Shown here one piece after another: positions 45,653-53,951 of a DNA stretch of 64,000 nucleotides; position 1 is the first letter of the stretch, and every line of letters starts with the position of its first letter. The notes under the pieces are model-generated. The model made no database searches. It saw only the letters and a list, made by a program, of their open reading frames with translations, and had not been told where the DNA came from. A program made the translations under genes and the position numbers. Origin of the DNA: a virus (Duplodnaviria > Heunggongvirae > Uroviricota > Caudoviricetes); IMG/VR virus record IMGVR_UViG_2911215477_000001, positions 38,486 to 102,485 of that record. One strand, 5' to 3'.

Positions 45653-46055
45653 TGGGGTGAGTCCTGCGCCAGATTTCGTCAGCGCGGGTCAGCTCCTCAG
45701 TGCCCTTGCCCACCATGTCCACGACAGCCTCGGCCAACGAGGGGAATGACTTGCTCGCGGTGAAGCAGTGCCCGTCCGGCATGACCACCGACCAGAACCA
45801 GCGATCAGAGGGCGCAATCGAGCGGGTGACGCTCAGCTTGCACTGCGGGTGGAGGCGCTCGCAGCGCTCGACGCACTTTGCCTCCTGGCGATTGGCCAGG
45901 CGCACAGCAGACGCTGCCAACAGGGATCGACCGTGACCACCAACACCGTGAGGAACCAGGGCACCCGCGTCGTTGAGGTTGATCAGCGCCTTGATCGAAC
46001 GGACCAGGTGCGCGTCGTCGCCACGGAAGTCGTCAAAGATGGGCTGCTCAGTCAT
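45645..46055 (-). CDS. hypothetical protein
   Basis: ORF. Confidence 0.4.
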   Translation of the reverse strand: MTEQPIFDDFRGDDAHLVRSIKALINLNDAGALVPHGVGGHGRSLLAASAVRLANRQEAKCVERCERLHPQCKLSVTRSIAPSDRWFWSVVMPDGHCFTASKSFPSLAEAVVDMVGKGTEELTRADEIWRRTHPNG

Positions 46056-46419
46056 TGCCCTTCCCGTCTGCCAGTGCCAACAGCACTTCGGTCACGTTGT
46101 TGCCAAGCTTGTGATGATCCGGCGTGAGGACGTGGTTCCAGATGTGGTCGGACTTGGAGTGCTCCATCAGCGTCCGCCACATGAGAGCGTCATGGGCCAT
46201 CAGCTCGATGAAGTGGAGGAAGGCAGTGCCCTTGCCCAGACGTGCAGCGAAGACAGCGACCTCGCTCTTCGTGGCACCCGCTTCTGTGGAGACCAGTGGC
46301 GTGGGCTCGCGCTCTTGCTTCAGGGCGCGGAGCATTGCAGCAGCCTCACGACAGCAGCCGTAGGCGTCGAGCTTGCCCAAGCGGCGAGCCAGGGCTTCGA
46401 TTTCGTTATTCGTGATCAT
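46048..46419 (-). CDS. hypothetical protein
   Basis: ORF. Confidence 0.4.
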   Translation of the reverse strand: MITNNEIEALARRLGKLDAYGCCREAAAMLRALKQEREPTPLVSTEAGATKSEVAVFAARLGKGTAFLHFIELMAHDALMWRTLMEHSKSDHIWNHVLTPDHHKLGNNVTEVLLALADGKGND

Positions 46420-46822
46420 TGGAGATTGCCTTCAGTTCACCCTTCGAAAGGGCAAGAGCGACGTTGATCGTGTTGAACCAGTCGCAGTGAGTCCGGTCGT
46501 CAACCGTGTGGCCCTGTCCTACGACGCGAGCCTTGCTCATTTCGAGCCACACGCGATTGAGCTGGACATACCAGGACGGCGCTTCCAGCCAGTCGTAAGG
46601 CGGAATGGTTTCCTGCGTGGGAGCCAGCAGAGCCAGCAGGCGCTTGTTGGAGTCATCGAGCGCTTTGTTCATCGCCTTCAGCCACTCGACGTCTTCGATT
46701 GCCGGCTGCTTCAGGAATTCCTCAGCCTCGCGGGCCAGGCTGAAGTAGCTGTAGGTGTTGAAGGCTGCCTGCATGCGCTTGATGAACTTGCGCGGGACCA
46801 GCACGTTGTCGTTGTCAGCCAC
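46406..46822 (-). CDS. hypothetical protein
   Basis: ORF. Confidence 0.4.
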   Translation of the reverse strand: MADNDNVLVPRKFIKRMQAAFNTYSYFSLAREAEEFLKQPAIEDVEWLKAMNKALDDSNKRLLALLAPTQETIPPYDWLEAPSWYVQLNRVWLEMSKARVVGQGHTVDDRTHCDWFNTINVALALSKGELKAISNDHE

Positions 46823-47008
46823 GGATGGCCTCCAGGATGAAGTGAAGGATCGTGCAGAAGCCCATGCACATCAGTCGCTCCTTCCAGTGGTGGAGCTTGT
46901 GGGCGCGTTCGTCGGGCTTGCCCAGGTGGGTGTGATGCGGTTCGTCGCAGTGGTGGTCGTCGCCGGTCTGCGTGAACACGAAGCCATTGTCAGAGCGCGA
47001 GCCCATCA
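46815..47008 (-). CDS. hypothetical His-rich small protein (RBS CAGGAGG)
   Basis: Start re-called from the SD. Confidence 0.35.
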
Positions 47009-47347
47009 GACAGCCTCCTGTGCCGGCTTGTGGGCGTAGGCGCTGTGCTGGCAGAACATGTGGAAGAAGTACGCAGCTGCCATCACCGGATGCCCATACC
47101 AAGCCAGGAACGAGCAGATCGACAGGTCATAGACCACGTTCATCCACTCGGGGACGGACGGACCCTGCTTCGCCATCGCGACCTTGATCTCCGGCACGAA
47201 CACGAAGAGGGTCAGGATGACCGTCACCCAGAAGTAGAACTTGAAGAGGTATCGCGCCCCTTCGATGTCGTAGGTGTAGCCGGCGACCATCGCAGCAGCG
47301 AAGGCACCGTTCAGCAGGAACCACAGAATTGCGCGCTTAGCCTTCAT
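47006..47347 (-). CDS. membrane protein (start MKAKRAILWFLL)
   Basis: Multiple hydrophobic helices. Confidence 0.45.
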   Translation of the reverse strand: MKAKRAILWFLLNGAFAAAMVAGYTYDIEGARYLFKFYFWVTVILTLFVFVPEIKVAMAKQGPSVPEWMNVVYDLSICSFLAWYGHPVMAAAYFFHMFCQHSAYAHKPAQEAV

Positions 47348-47639
47348 TGGCCGTTTCCTTCTTGAAGTTGTGACGGCAGCCGAGGCAGCGCTTCGTCTCG
47401 TCGGAGTTGCCACAGCCGCCACAAGCGACCAAGCCAAGCTGCGCTTCCAGCTCTGTGACCCGACGTGCAATCGGGCGATGGGAACGCAGGAACTGGACTT
47501 CACGCTCCAGGAAGGACGTGCGGGCATCGAGCGACTTGCTCAGGTAGTCCGCCATCCAGTCCATACGCTCGTGGTGGGGCAAGTCGGTGGGACACAGCGC
47601 GTGCGCCTGGGAGACCATTCGTGCGGTGATGGCGCTCAT
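47337..47639 (-). CDS. hypothetical protein with C-terminal CGGCG..CLGC zinc ribbon
   Basis: ORF. Confidence 0.4.
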   Translation of the reverse strand: MSAITARMVSQAHALCPTDLPHHERMDWMADYLSKSLDARTSFLEREVQFLRSHRPIARRVTELEAQLGLVACGGCGNSDETKRCLGCRHNFKKETANEG

Positions 47640-48220
47640 TGCTTGAGTTCCTTCACCTGGTCGATCAGATGCGCGTGGCCACGGAACTGGACACCCTTCT
47701 TGCCACCGGACAGACCCAACACCGTCAGCCAGCGTTCGAAGTAGGCATTCAGCTCAGCCGAACGCTCATGCTTCCCGTCGTGATACGTGAGGAAGTCCTT
47801 GTAGTTCTGCACCTTGTCCGCGATCAGCATCTTTTTGACGTGGAGCAGCGGACCCGGATCGGGAGCACCGTTGAACATGATCCCGAGGGGCGACGAGAAC
47901 ACCTTGTCCGACAGCCAGGCGTTCGCCTTGTTGCGGTATTCCATCGCGACCGCCACGACCCGCAGCGAGTCCGTCATGGTCGTCAGCTCGCGAAGGTTGC
48001 CCTTCAGGGCTGCGTCTGACTGGAGCATCGGGTGCAGGCACCAGGCGCGCTGTGTGATCGCACTCGCCTTCAGTGCTTCGAGGATGATCAGACCCTCGTC
48101 GATGTGGTTGATCAGCGGAACACCGCTGCGCTCAGCCACCTTCTTGCCGTAGAAGCGCTTGACCGCCTTGTATTCCTTGAAGCTCATGCCGCCTGTGCCT
48201 CCTTCAGGATGTCCACGCAC
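47636..48220 (-). CDS. hypothetical protein
   Basis: 194-aa ORF, ATGA coupled. Confidence 0.4.
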   Translation of the reverse strand: MRGHPEGGTGGMSFKEYKAVKRFYGKKVAERSGVPLINHIDEGLIILEALKASAITQRAWCLHPMLQSDAALKGNLRELTTMTDSLRVVAVAMEYRNKANAWLSDKVFSSPLGIMFNGAPDPGPLLHVKKMLIADKVQNYKDFLTYHDGKHERSAELNAYFERWLTVLGLSGGKKGVQFRGHAHLIDQVKELKQ

Positions 48221-49260
48221 AGGGCATGGGCTGCTGCCGGGAGGCTGCGCTTCGTCACGAACTCCTTGATCGAGTTCTCGATGGAGTGTCCACCGCTCGG
48301 TGCCGGCGTGGTCGCACGGGTCATCACGGTCTTCTTCATGGCGTGAATCACGACGCCTGCGGCCCCGTAACCCAGCAAGCCCAGGCGGATCGTCTCCAGC
48401 TCGGACTCCGTAGCCACCTCGATCTTGACGCGGACGAAGTTGCCATTGACCTCCAGCAGCCCCTCCTCGTCCTCGACGTTATCCACGTCCATGAACTTGG
48501 GTGCCGTGGTCTCGTAGTGCTTCACCTGGTCGTCGGTGACGATCAGATAGCCAGCCTTCGAATTCACGTCGCCCCACGTCTGATGCGTGAGAGCGCCCAC
48601 GGAATACACCTCGTCGCCCATGTGTCGGTGATGGTGGTAGTGACCGCAGAACACGCGATTGAAGCCAGTGCCGGACAGACCCTCATGCGTCAGCCCGTGC
48701 TCGGGCAGATGGGGCAGCACGCCGTCGATGGGTGCATGGATGACGGCATCGAGCCAGGGCTCCTGGTCGAACTCACGCTCGTCGAAGGTCAGCTCGTCGC
48801 GCCAGGACATCATGGCTTCGATCAGATCCTTGGTCGTGGCATACCAGGGGAACAGGACGACCTTGTGGTCATCGCTGAGGTCCACGACCATCGGTTCGTG
48901 TGCGACCTTCACGCCCAGGGCTTCCAAGGCAGTGACGGCGTTGCCCACGCGCATGGACTCGTTGCGCTCCAGGTCGTGATTGCCGGGGATGACGTAGATT
49001 TCGAACCCTTCCGCAACCAGCTCGCGGAACAGATCCATGACCGGGTTCAGGACGCTTGGAGCGACCTCGCCCCGCTTGTGGAAGGTGTCACCCGCCAAGA
49101 ACAGCTTGTTGCCACCGGCTGCCTTGACCGCTGCTGCGTGCTCACGCATGGCGTCGAGGGTGGCTTGCAGACGACTGTTCACGCCCTTGTCGTTGACAGT
49201 GGCGAAAGCAGTGAACGAATGGAAATGGTGGTCTGACGATACCCCAAACGGCTTGCTCAT
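48184..49260 (-). CDS. SbcD/Mre11-like calcineurin-family nuclease (gp47-like)
   Basis: Phosphoesterase motifs DHHFH, LAGDTFH, GNHD. Confidence 0.75.
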   Translation of the reverse strand: MSKPFGVSSDHHFHSFTAFATVNDKGVNSRLQATLDAMREHAAAVKAAGGNKLFLAGDTFHKRGEVAPSVLNPVMDLFRELVAEGFEIYVIPGNHDLERNESMRVGNAVTALEALGVKVAHEPMVVDLSDDHKVVLFPWYATTKDLIEAMMSWRDELTFDEREFDQEPWLDAVIHAPIDGVLPHLPEHGLTHEGLSGTGFNRVFCGHYHHHRHMGDEVYSVGALTHQTWGDVNSKAGYLIVTDDQVKHYETTAPKFMDVDNVEDEEGLLEVNGNFVRVKIEVATESELETIRLGLLGYGAAGVVIHAMKKTVMTRATTPAPSGGHSIENSIKEFVTKRSLPAAAHALCVDILKEAQAA

Positions 49261-49275
49261 TCTCTTCTCTCCTGC

Positions 49276-49310
49276 GCTATGTATGCGCTTACGTACTATT
49301 GTACTTATAG
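49276..49310. promoter_or_regulatory. family-A motif upstream of sbcD
   Basis: GCTATGTATGCGCTTACGTACTATTGTAC. Confidence 0.5.
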
Positions 49311-49315
49311 AAACG

Positions 49316-49717
49316 TCAGCGTCTACGTCCCAGCTTCACTTCCCTGCTCAGTTGCCTGAAGTGATGCACTGGGAGATACCGCTGATCCGACCCGCCTCGC
49401 CCGCCGTAGTCCCGGCGCTGATACTTGGTGCGGTCGAAGAAATTCTCGATGGGCGTGATGAAGAGCCAGTTCAGCTTCCTCACCCACACCGCGATGCTTT
49501 TGCACCCTCGACGCCTGGCCATTTGGAGATGGTCGTCGTCGATGGCCCATGCAGCTGTCTCGTCTTTCAGAGCCTCACTGATGGACTTGAACTTGTTGGA
49601 CCCCTCGCGCACCGTTTTGAAGATGTCACCAGGGGTCCGAAACGCGCAGTAGACAGGAGCGCTCGACAGTTCGAAGAACGCTCCATAGACCCGCTTACCC
49701 TTACGAACCAGCTCCAC
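49316..49717 (-). CDS. hypothetical protein (GTG start)
   Basis: RBS GGAGAG. Confidence 0.35.
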   Translation of the reverse strand: MELVRKGKRVYGAFFELSSAPVYCAFRTPGDIFKTVREGSNKFKSISEALKDETAAWAIDDDHLQMARRRGCKSIAVWVRKLNWLFITPIENFFDRTKYQRRDYGGRGGSDQRYLPVHHFRQLSREVKLGRRR

Positions 49718-50237
49718 TTTCGATTCTCTCCATGTAGATCACCGTGCAGGTGGTCTCCCGGTTGAATCGGTGGGGTCCATAGTTCTTTCGCATCACCTCT
49801 TCCAGGTCGAGATCCTCGCCCTCGACAGCTGCTGCAATCGAAAGATGGTTATCGACGCCAAACTTCTCGTTCATCGCCGCAAAGGAGCCGGTGTGAACTT
49901 GCTTGACGACTGCCCTGCCGATTTCTTCACCGCCTGCCATGCTCAGCGCGACGGTTTGACCTTCGACCACCCTGGCTCCCCAGGCTGCTCCAACACGGAA
50001 CGTGTTGAAGTCGCCATGAAGCCCAGCTGGGTCGCGAAACTCGATCCTCACAAGGAAGCTCTCACATTCCAGGAGTCCGAGCTTCGCGCCCACCTTGTTC
50101 TCTTCCAGTCGTGTGAGGATGCCGCGAATGGAACACTCCACGTTGCCGCATCGCTCGCACAAGGATTCGAACTGCTCCAGCACCTGACGCCTCTCAAGCG
50201 TGTATTTGCCGGACTCCAACCTCTTCAATCGCTTCAT
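49701..50237 (-). CDS. hypothetical protein (possible ASCH/PUA-like fold)
   Basis: Weak pattern similarity only. Confidence 0.35.
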   Translation of the reverse strand: MKRLKRLESGKYTLERRQVLEQFESLCERCGNVECSIRGILTRLEENKVGAKLGLLECESFLVRIEFRDPAGLHGDFNTFRVGAAWGARVVEGQTVALSMAGGEEIGRAVVKQVHTGSFAAMNEKFGVDNHLSIAAAVEGEDLDLEEVMRKNYGPHRFNRETTCTVIYMERIESGAGS

Positions 50238-50300
50238 CAGGGACTCCCGTCTTGTGATGTTTCTAGTTCACAAAACGGGAGCTGATGGCGTCAAGGTTGG

Positions 50301-51350
50301 TTACGTCGCTTTTTTCGCTTTCGCTGCATCTTTCGCAGCGACGATCACGGCAACGAGTTCCTTGTACGTCATTTCCGCCTCCAACTTACGAGCCAGCGGG
50401 CCGACGTGGTAGCTCTTGCCTTCCCAGATGACATACGAGCCGGACGTCTCGATGTAGCCCTTGGCCTTCATGTACTCCAGGGTGCCTTCGAACACGTCGA
50501 ACTTGCCCGTGCCGTCTTCCATGAACTTGAAGTCCCACTCGGCGCTCAGGAACGGACGGTTGACCTTGTTCTTCTTGCAGACGGCGGTGATCGCCTGGCC
50601 CTCGACTTCCTTGGTCTTCTTGTCCTTCTCCACGCGACGCGAGAGCTGGATGCGAACCGAAGCGAAGAACTCGGGAGCGTTGCCACCCGGCGTCGTCGTG
50701 GGATCGCCGTATGCGACGCCCGGCTTCTGACGCTGCTGATTGAGGAAGATGAGGCAGATGTTCAGCTCGCTGGCGTGCTGCATCAGAGCCGGGAAGGACG
50801 TCGAAGTCGCCTTCGCGAGTGCCAGGTTGTCGTGCATGCCCATGCTGCTCGACTCGCGCATTTCACCCTTGTCGTCCATCAGCTTGGACTGCGGGACCAT
50901 CGAGGCGAGCGAATCGAAGACTGCCACGATGGGAGCCTCGTCGGGGATTGCCTTCTTCGCACGAATGGCACGGGCCAGCTTCACCGTGTCGTCGATGGAC
51001 TGTTCGAACGTGCGGGGCATCTTGTAGACCCAGCGACCCGGCGTCGGGTCGAGACCCAGCGCGACGCCCAGACCAATGTCGAAGGAGCGCTCGTGGTCGT
51101 TGAACATGGCGATGCCGCCCATCTGCTGCGCCGACTTCATCACGGCGGTTGCGATAGCGGTCTTGCCTGCGCTGGGCGGGCCGAAGATTTCGATCAGACG
51201 GCCACCCGGAAGACCCTTCTCCAGGTCTCCCGAGATAGCCTCATTCAGGGGAGCGTAGCCGGTGTCCAACCATACGGTGACTTCCTGCTGCTCGTCGTTT
51301 TCGCCAATTGCTGCGGCGACCAGGGACGCGAGATCCAATTCCTTGCTCAT
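50301..51350 (-). CDS. RecA/UvsX-family recombinase
   Basis: Walker A GPPSAGKTA, RecA core and L2-like loop. Confidence 0.8.
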   Translation of the reverse strand: MSKELDLASLVAAAIGENDEQQEVTVWLDTGYAPLNEAISGDLEKGLPGGRLIEIFGPPSAGKTAIATAVMKSAQQMGGIAMFNDHERSFDIGLGVALGLDPTPGRWVYKMPRTFEQSIDDTVKLARAIRAKKAIPDEAPIVAVFDSLASMVPQSKLMDDKGEMRESSSMGMHDNLALAKATSTSFPALMQHASELNICLIFLNQQRQKPGVAYGDPTTTPGGNAPEFFASVRIQLSRRVEKDKKTKEVEGQAITAVCKKNKVNRPFLSAEWDFKFMEDGTGKFDVFEGTLEYMKAKGYIETSGSYVIWEGKSYHVGPLARKLEAEMTYKELVAVIVAAKDAAKAKKAT

Positions 51351-51358
51351 GCTTTCTT

Positions 51359-52288
51359 CTACCGTTTGTTATTGAAGGGAGAGACGAACTCTTCGTACTT
51401 CTGGAGGATCGACATCAGGCCCATCTCCGCGCAGAACTCCTTGAAGGCGTCCTCGTCGTACATCGCAGGCAGGCTCCGCATCGCTTCACGCGGAATGTCC
51501 ACTTCCATCAGGTTCATCATTCGCTGGTTGCGTGCGAAGTTCGCCTGCTTCTCCTCGCTCTTGGTCAGCTCGGTGACGTGCTTGCGAACACGCGACAGTG
51601 GGGTGCTCTTGGGGATGGTCGGTTCGAACTCCGGCCAACGCTCCAGGAGATCCGCGTAGTCCTTGAACTCAGCGGTCAGAGCCTCTGCGCCCTTGTCGCC
51701 AATGCCACCGACGCCAGGGAGGTTGTCGCCCTTGTCACCACGCAGGCACTTGCCGAACAGGAAAGCGTTCGGGTCCGCGTAGCCAGTGAAGGTCTGGAAG
51801 TTCTCCAGGACGACCAACTTCTCTTTGTTGCGGTCGAACCAGTTGACGTTCTCGCTCACGAGCTGGAGCCAGTCCTGGTCGTTCGTGACGACCGTGACCT
51901 TGCCGGTCTTGCTGAGACGAGTAGCCAGGTAGCCGGCCATGTCATCAGCCTCGTAGCGCTTGGCGAACAACTGACGGATGCCAAGGAGCTGGAGAGCCTT
52001 CTGCACTTGCGGGCGCTGCGGCTTCAGTGCTTCCTTGATCTTGACCAGCTCGGCGTTGTCATCACGGGTGCCCTTGTATTCGGGGTATTCCTCGTGACGC
52101 CAGGTCGGACTGGAATCCCACAAGAACGTGGGCTTGGCGTTGGGGAAAGTCTTCTGCAGGTAGCGTGCGCTAGCCAGGGTGCCGAAGATCGCGGTTGTTT
52201 CGACGTCGCCGGACATCAGACGCCGTTCGCTTCCCGCCTGGGCTGCGAACATGACGTTGTTGGCGTCGATCAACAGATGGTGATCCAT
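51359..52288 (-). CDS. 5'-3' exonuclease / flap endonuclease (PIN-domain FEN, RNase H-like)
   Basis: LLIDANN, YKGTR, EADD motifs; RBS GGAGGAG. Confidence 0.75.
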   Translation of the reverse strand: MDHHLLIDANNVMFAAQAGSERRLMSGDVETTAIFGTLASARYLQKTFPNAKPTFLWDSSPTWRHEEYPEYKGTRDDNAELVKIKEALKPQRPQVQKALQLLGIRQLFAKRYEADDMAGYLATRLSKTGKVTVVTNDQDWLQLVSENVNWFDRNKEKLVVLENFQTFTGYADPNAFLFGKCLRGDKGDNLPGVGGIGDKGAEALTAEFKDYADLLERWPEFEPTIPKSTPLSRVRKHVTELTKSEEKQANFARNQRMMNLMEVDIPREAMRSLPAMYDEDAFKEFCAEMGLMSILQKYEEFVSPFNNKR

Positions 52289-52299
52289 GTTTCTCCTCC

Positions 52300-52330
52300 A
52301 GAGAGAAAGAACCCCGCGCTGGGCGGGGTT
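52300..52330 (-). terminator. rho-independent terminator after the SSB gene
   Basis: AACCCCGC-ccag-GCGGGGTT hairpin followed by CTTTCTCTCT. Confidence 0.55.
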
Positions 52331-52344
52331 CCTTCGTTCGGCTC

Positions 52345-53259
52345 TTAGGCCAGGCCGTTTTCCATCAGGAGAGCGTCCAGCTCGTCCAGCTCAGCGGATG
52401 CAGCACCCGTCGAGTCGATGGTCATCGGCTCCACCTTCGACAGGCTCGCAGCGCTGGCGTCGATCACACGCTCCGCTGCCGGGGCAGCAGTCGAGGTCTT
52501 GGCGGGCGACACGTCCTTCACTGCGCGGCTCGGTGCCGGGAGCAGCTCCTGGTTCGCGTGACCCAGGCGGGCGAAGTTGACACCAGTGACAGCACGCAGG
52601 TTGGTCAGCGCCTTCTGCAGACCCGCCTCGTACTCCTGAGCCGCGTAAGCATCCAGGTCACGGGCCTTCGACATCACCGAGGCATCCACCGGACGAGCCT
52701 TCGGGCTTGCCATCACGGTGTACTTCGTGTCGCGACCGCTGCCGGTCTTGGTGATCACGAAGTCGTAGCCCTCTTCCAGGCTGAAGACGTCGATGCTGTG
52801 CTGCTCGGCGTATTCCTCGGCAATCGCCAGGATCATGTCGAACACGGACGGCGGCAGTTCCATCAGCACCGGCTCGGTCTTCGCATTGGCATGCGAGCCG
52901 TTCAGGTAGATGGAGTTGATCAGCACGCGACGCGACGGACGGGCTTCGTCCAGGATCTTCGTGACGGTCTCGTCCAGGCCCGGCTGTGCAGCGGTTTCAG
53001 CCATCGCAGCGCAGACGTCGCACGGCTTGCCGAAGGTTTCCTGGGTGCAGATGTAGACCGCCTTGACGCTGCCGTCTTCCGCCTTGATGAAGTGCTGACC
53101 GAAGTCGTGGAAGAACTTGCCCACCGGGTCGCTGTTCCAGTTCGGGAGCACGCGCACAATGTTCTTGTCCGACGTCAGCTTTGCCGGCTTCTCGGTGTTG
53201 CCACCCTTCGCTGCCAGTGCCTGACGCTTCTTCTTGATGAGATCCAACAGTCCGCTCAT
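52345..53259 (-). CDS. gp32-like single-stranded DNA-binding protein
   Basis: RVLPNWNSD and YICTQETFGKPCDVC zinc-site context and EGYDFVITKTG resemble T4 gp32; acidic C-terminus. Confidence 0.55.
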   Translation of the reverse strand: MSGLLDLIKKKRQALAAKGGNTEKPAKLTSDKNIVRVLPNWNSDPVGKFFHDFGQHFIKAEDGSVKAVYICTQETFGKPCDVCAAMAETAAQPGLDETVTKILDEARPSRRVLINSIYLNGSHANAKTEPVLMELPPSVFDMILAIAEEYAEQHSIDVFSLEEGYDFVITKTGSGRDTKYTVMASPKARPVDASVMSKARDLDAYAAQEYEAGLQKALTNLRAVTGVNFARLGHANQELLPAPSRAVKDVSPAKTSTAAPAAERVIDASAASLSKVEPMTIDSTGAASAELDELDALLMENGLA

Positions 53260-53391
53260 TTGGGTATTTCCTTGTTGTAGTGTTTGAGTGTTTGCAGTGG
53301 CACTCGACTACGCGGGTTTTCGCTTCGTCGTCATGCTCGTGCATCGTATGCGTTTTGTATGTATCCGCATACGTATTTTTCTAGGCAGAGC

Positions 53392-53883
53392 TTAGGTGTG
53401 TGATCGCGACAGGGCTTCTGCCCGAGCCTGGCGCAATTCGCGTGCGGCGTCGGCACGAGAGTCGCCAAGAACGCGAACCTCGCCCTTCATCTCCTCACGC
53501 TTGTTGAAGGCTGCTTGAATCAGCATGTCCTTCCGATGCCGGAATGCTTCTGCATATCCCTTTGCGATCCCGGCGATCATCTTCGCCTCGTTGTACGCCA
53601 TGACCGCAGCTTTCATCTGCGTGTCCTGCGACACCTTGGCCTTGATCTGTCCTTCCGTGGCTTTCGTGCCCATCGCTGCGGCTTCGTCGCGATACTTGCG
53701 ATCCAGCTTGGCTTCGGTCACTTCGACGAGGTGCTCAAACTTGCTTGCCTGATGCTCTGCTCGGGCCGCCTGCTCCGCGTAGTACGCGAAGAGCCCTGCT
53801 TGACGCATCATTCCCGCATCCAGATCCAAGGGGTTGATGTTGAGGTCGCCCTTGGCGAGGTTGGGGTCAATGAACTTTTCCAC
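53392..53883 (-). CDS. hypothetical helical protein (possible UvsY-like recombination mediator), GTG start
   Basis: Sits next to the SSB and RecA genes; RBS GGAGAAG. Confidence 0.3.
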   Translation of the reverse strand: MEKFIDPNLAKGDLNINPLDLDAGMMRQAGLFAYYAEQAARAEHQASKFEHLVEVTEAKLDRKYRDEAAAMGTKATEGQIKAKVSQDTQMKAAVMAYNEAKMIAGIAKGYAEAFRHRKDMLIQAAFNKREEMKGEVRVLGDSRADAARELRQARAEALSRSHT

Positions 53884-53951
53884 TTTGCTTCTCCATTCGT
53901 TCCATCATGTGAGCACATCGTTTGTATGTATGTGCTCACATATTATACCCG

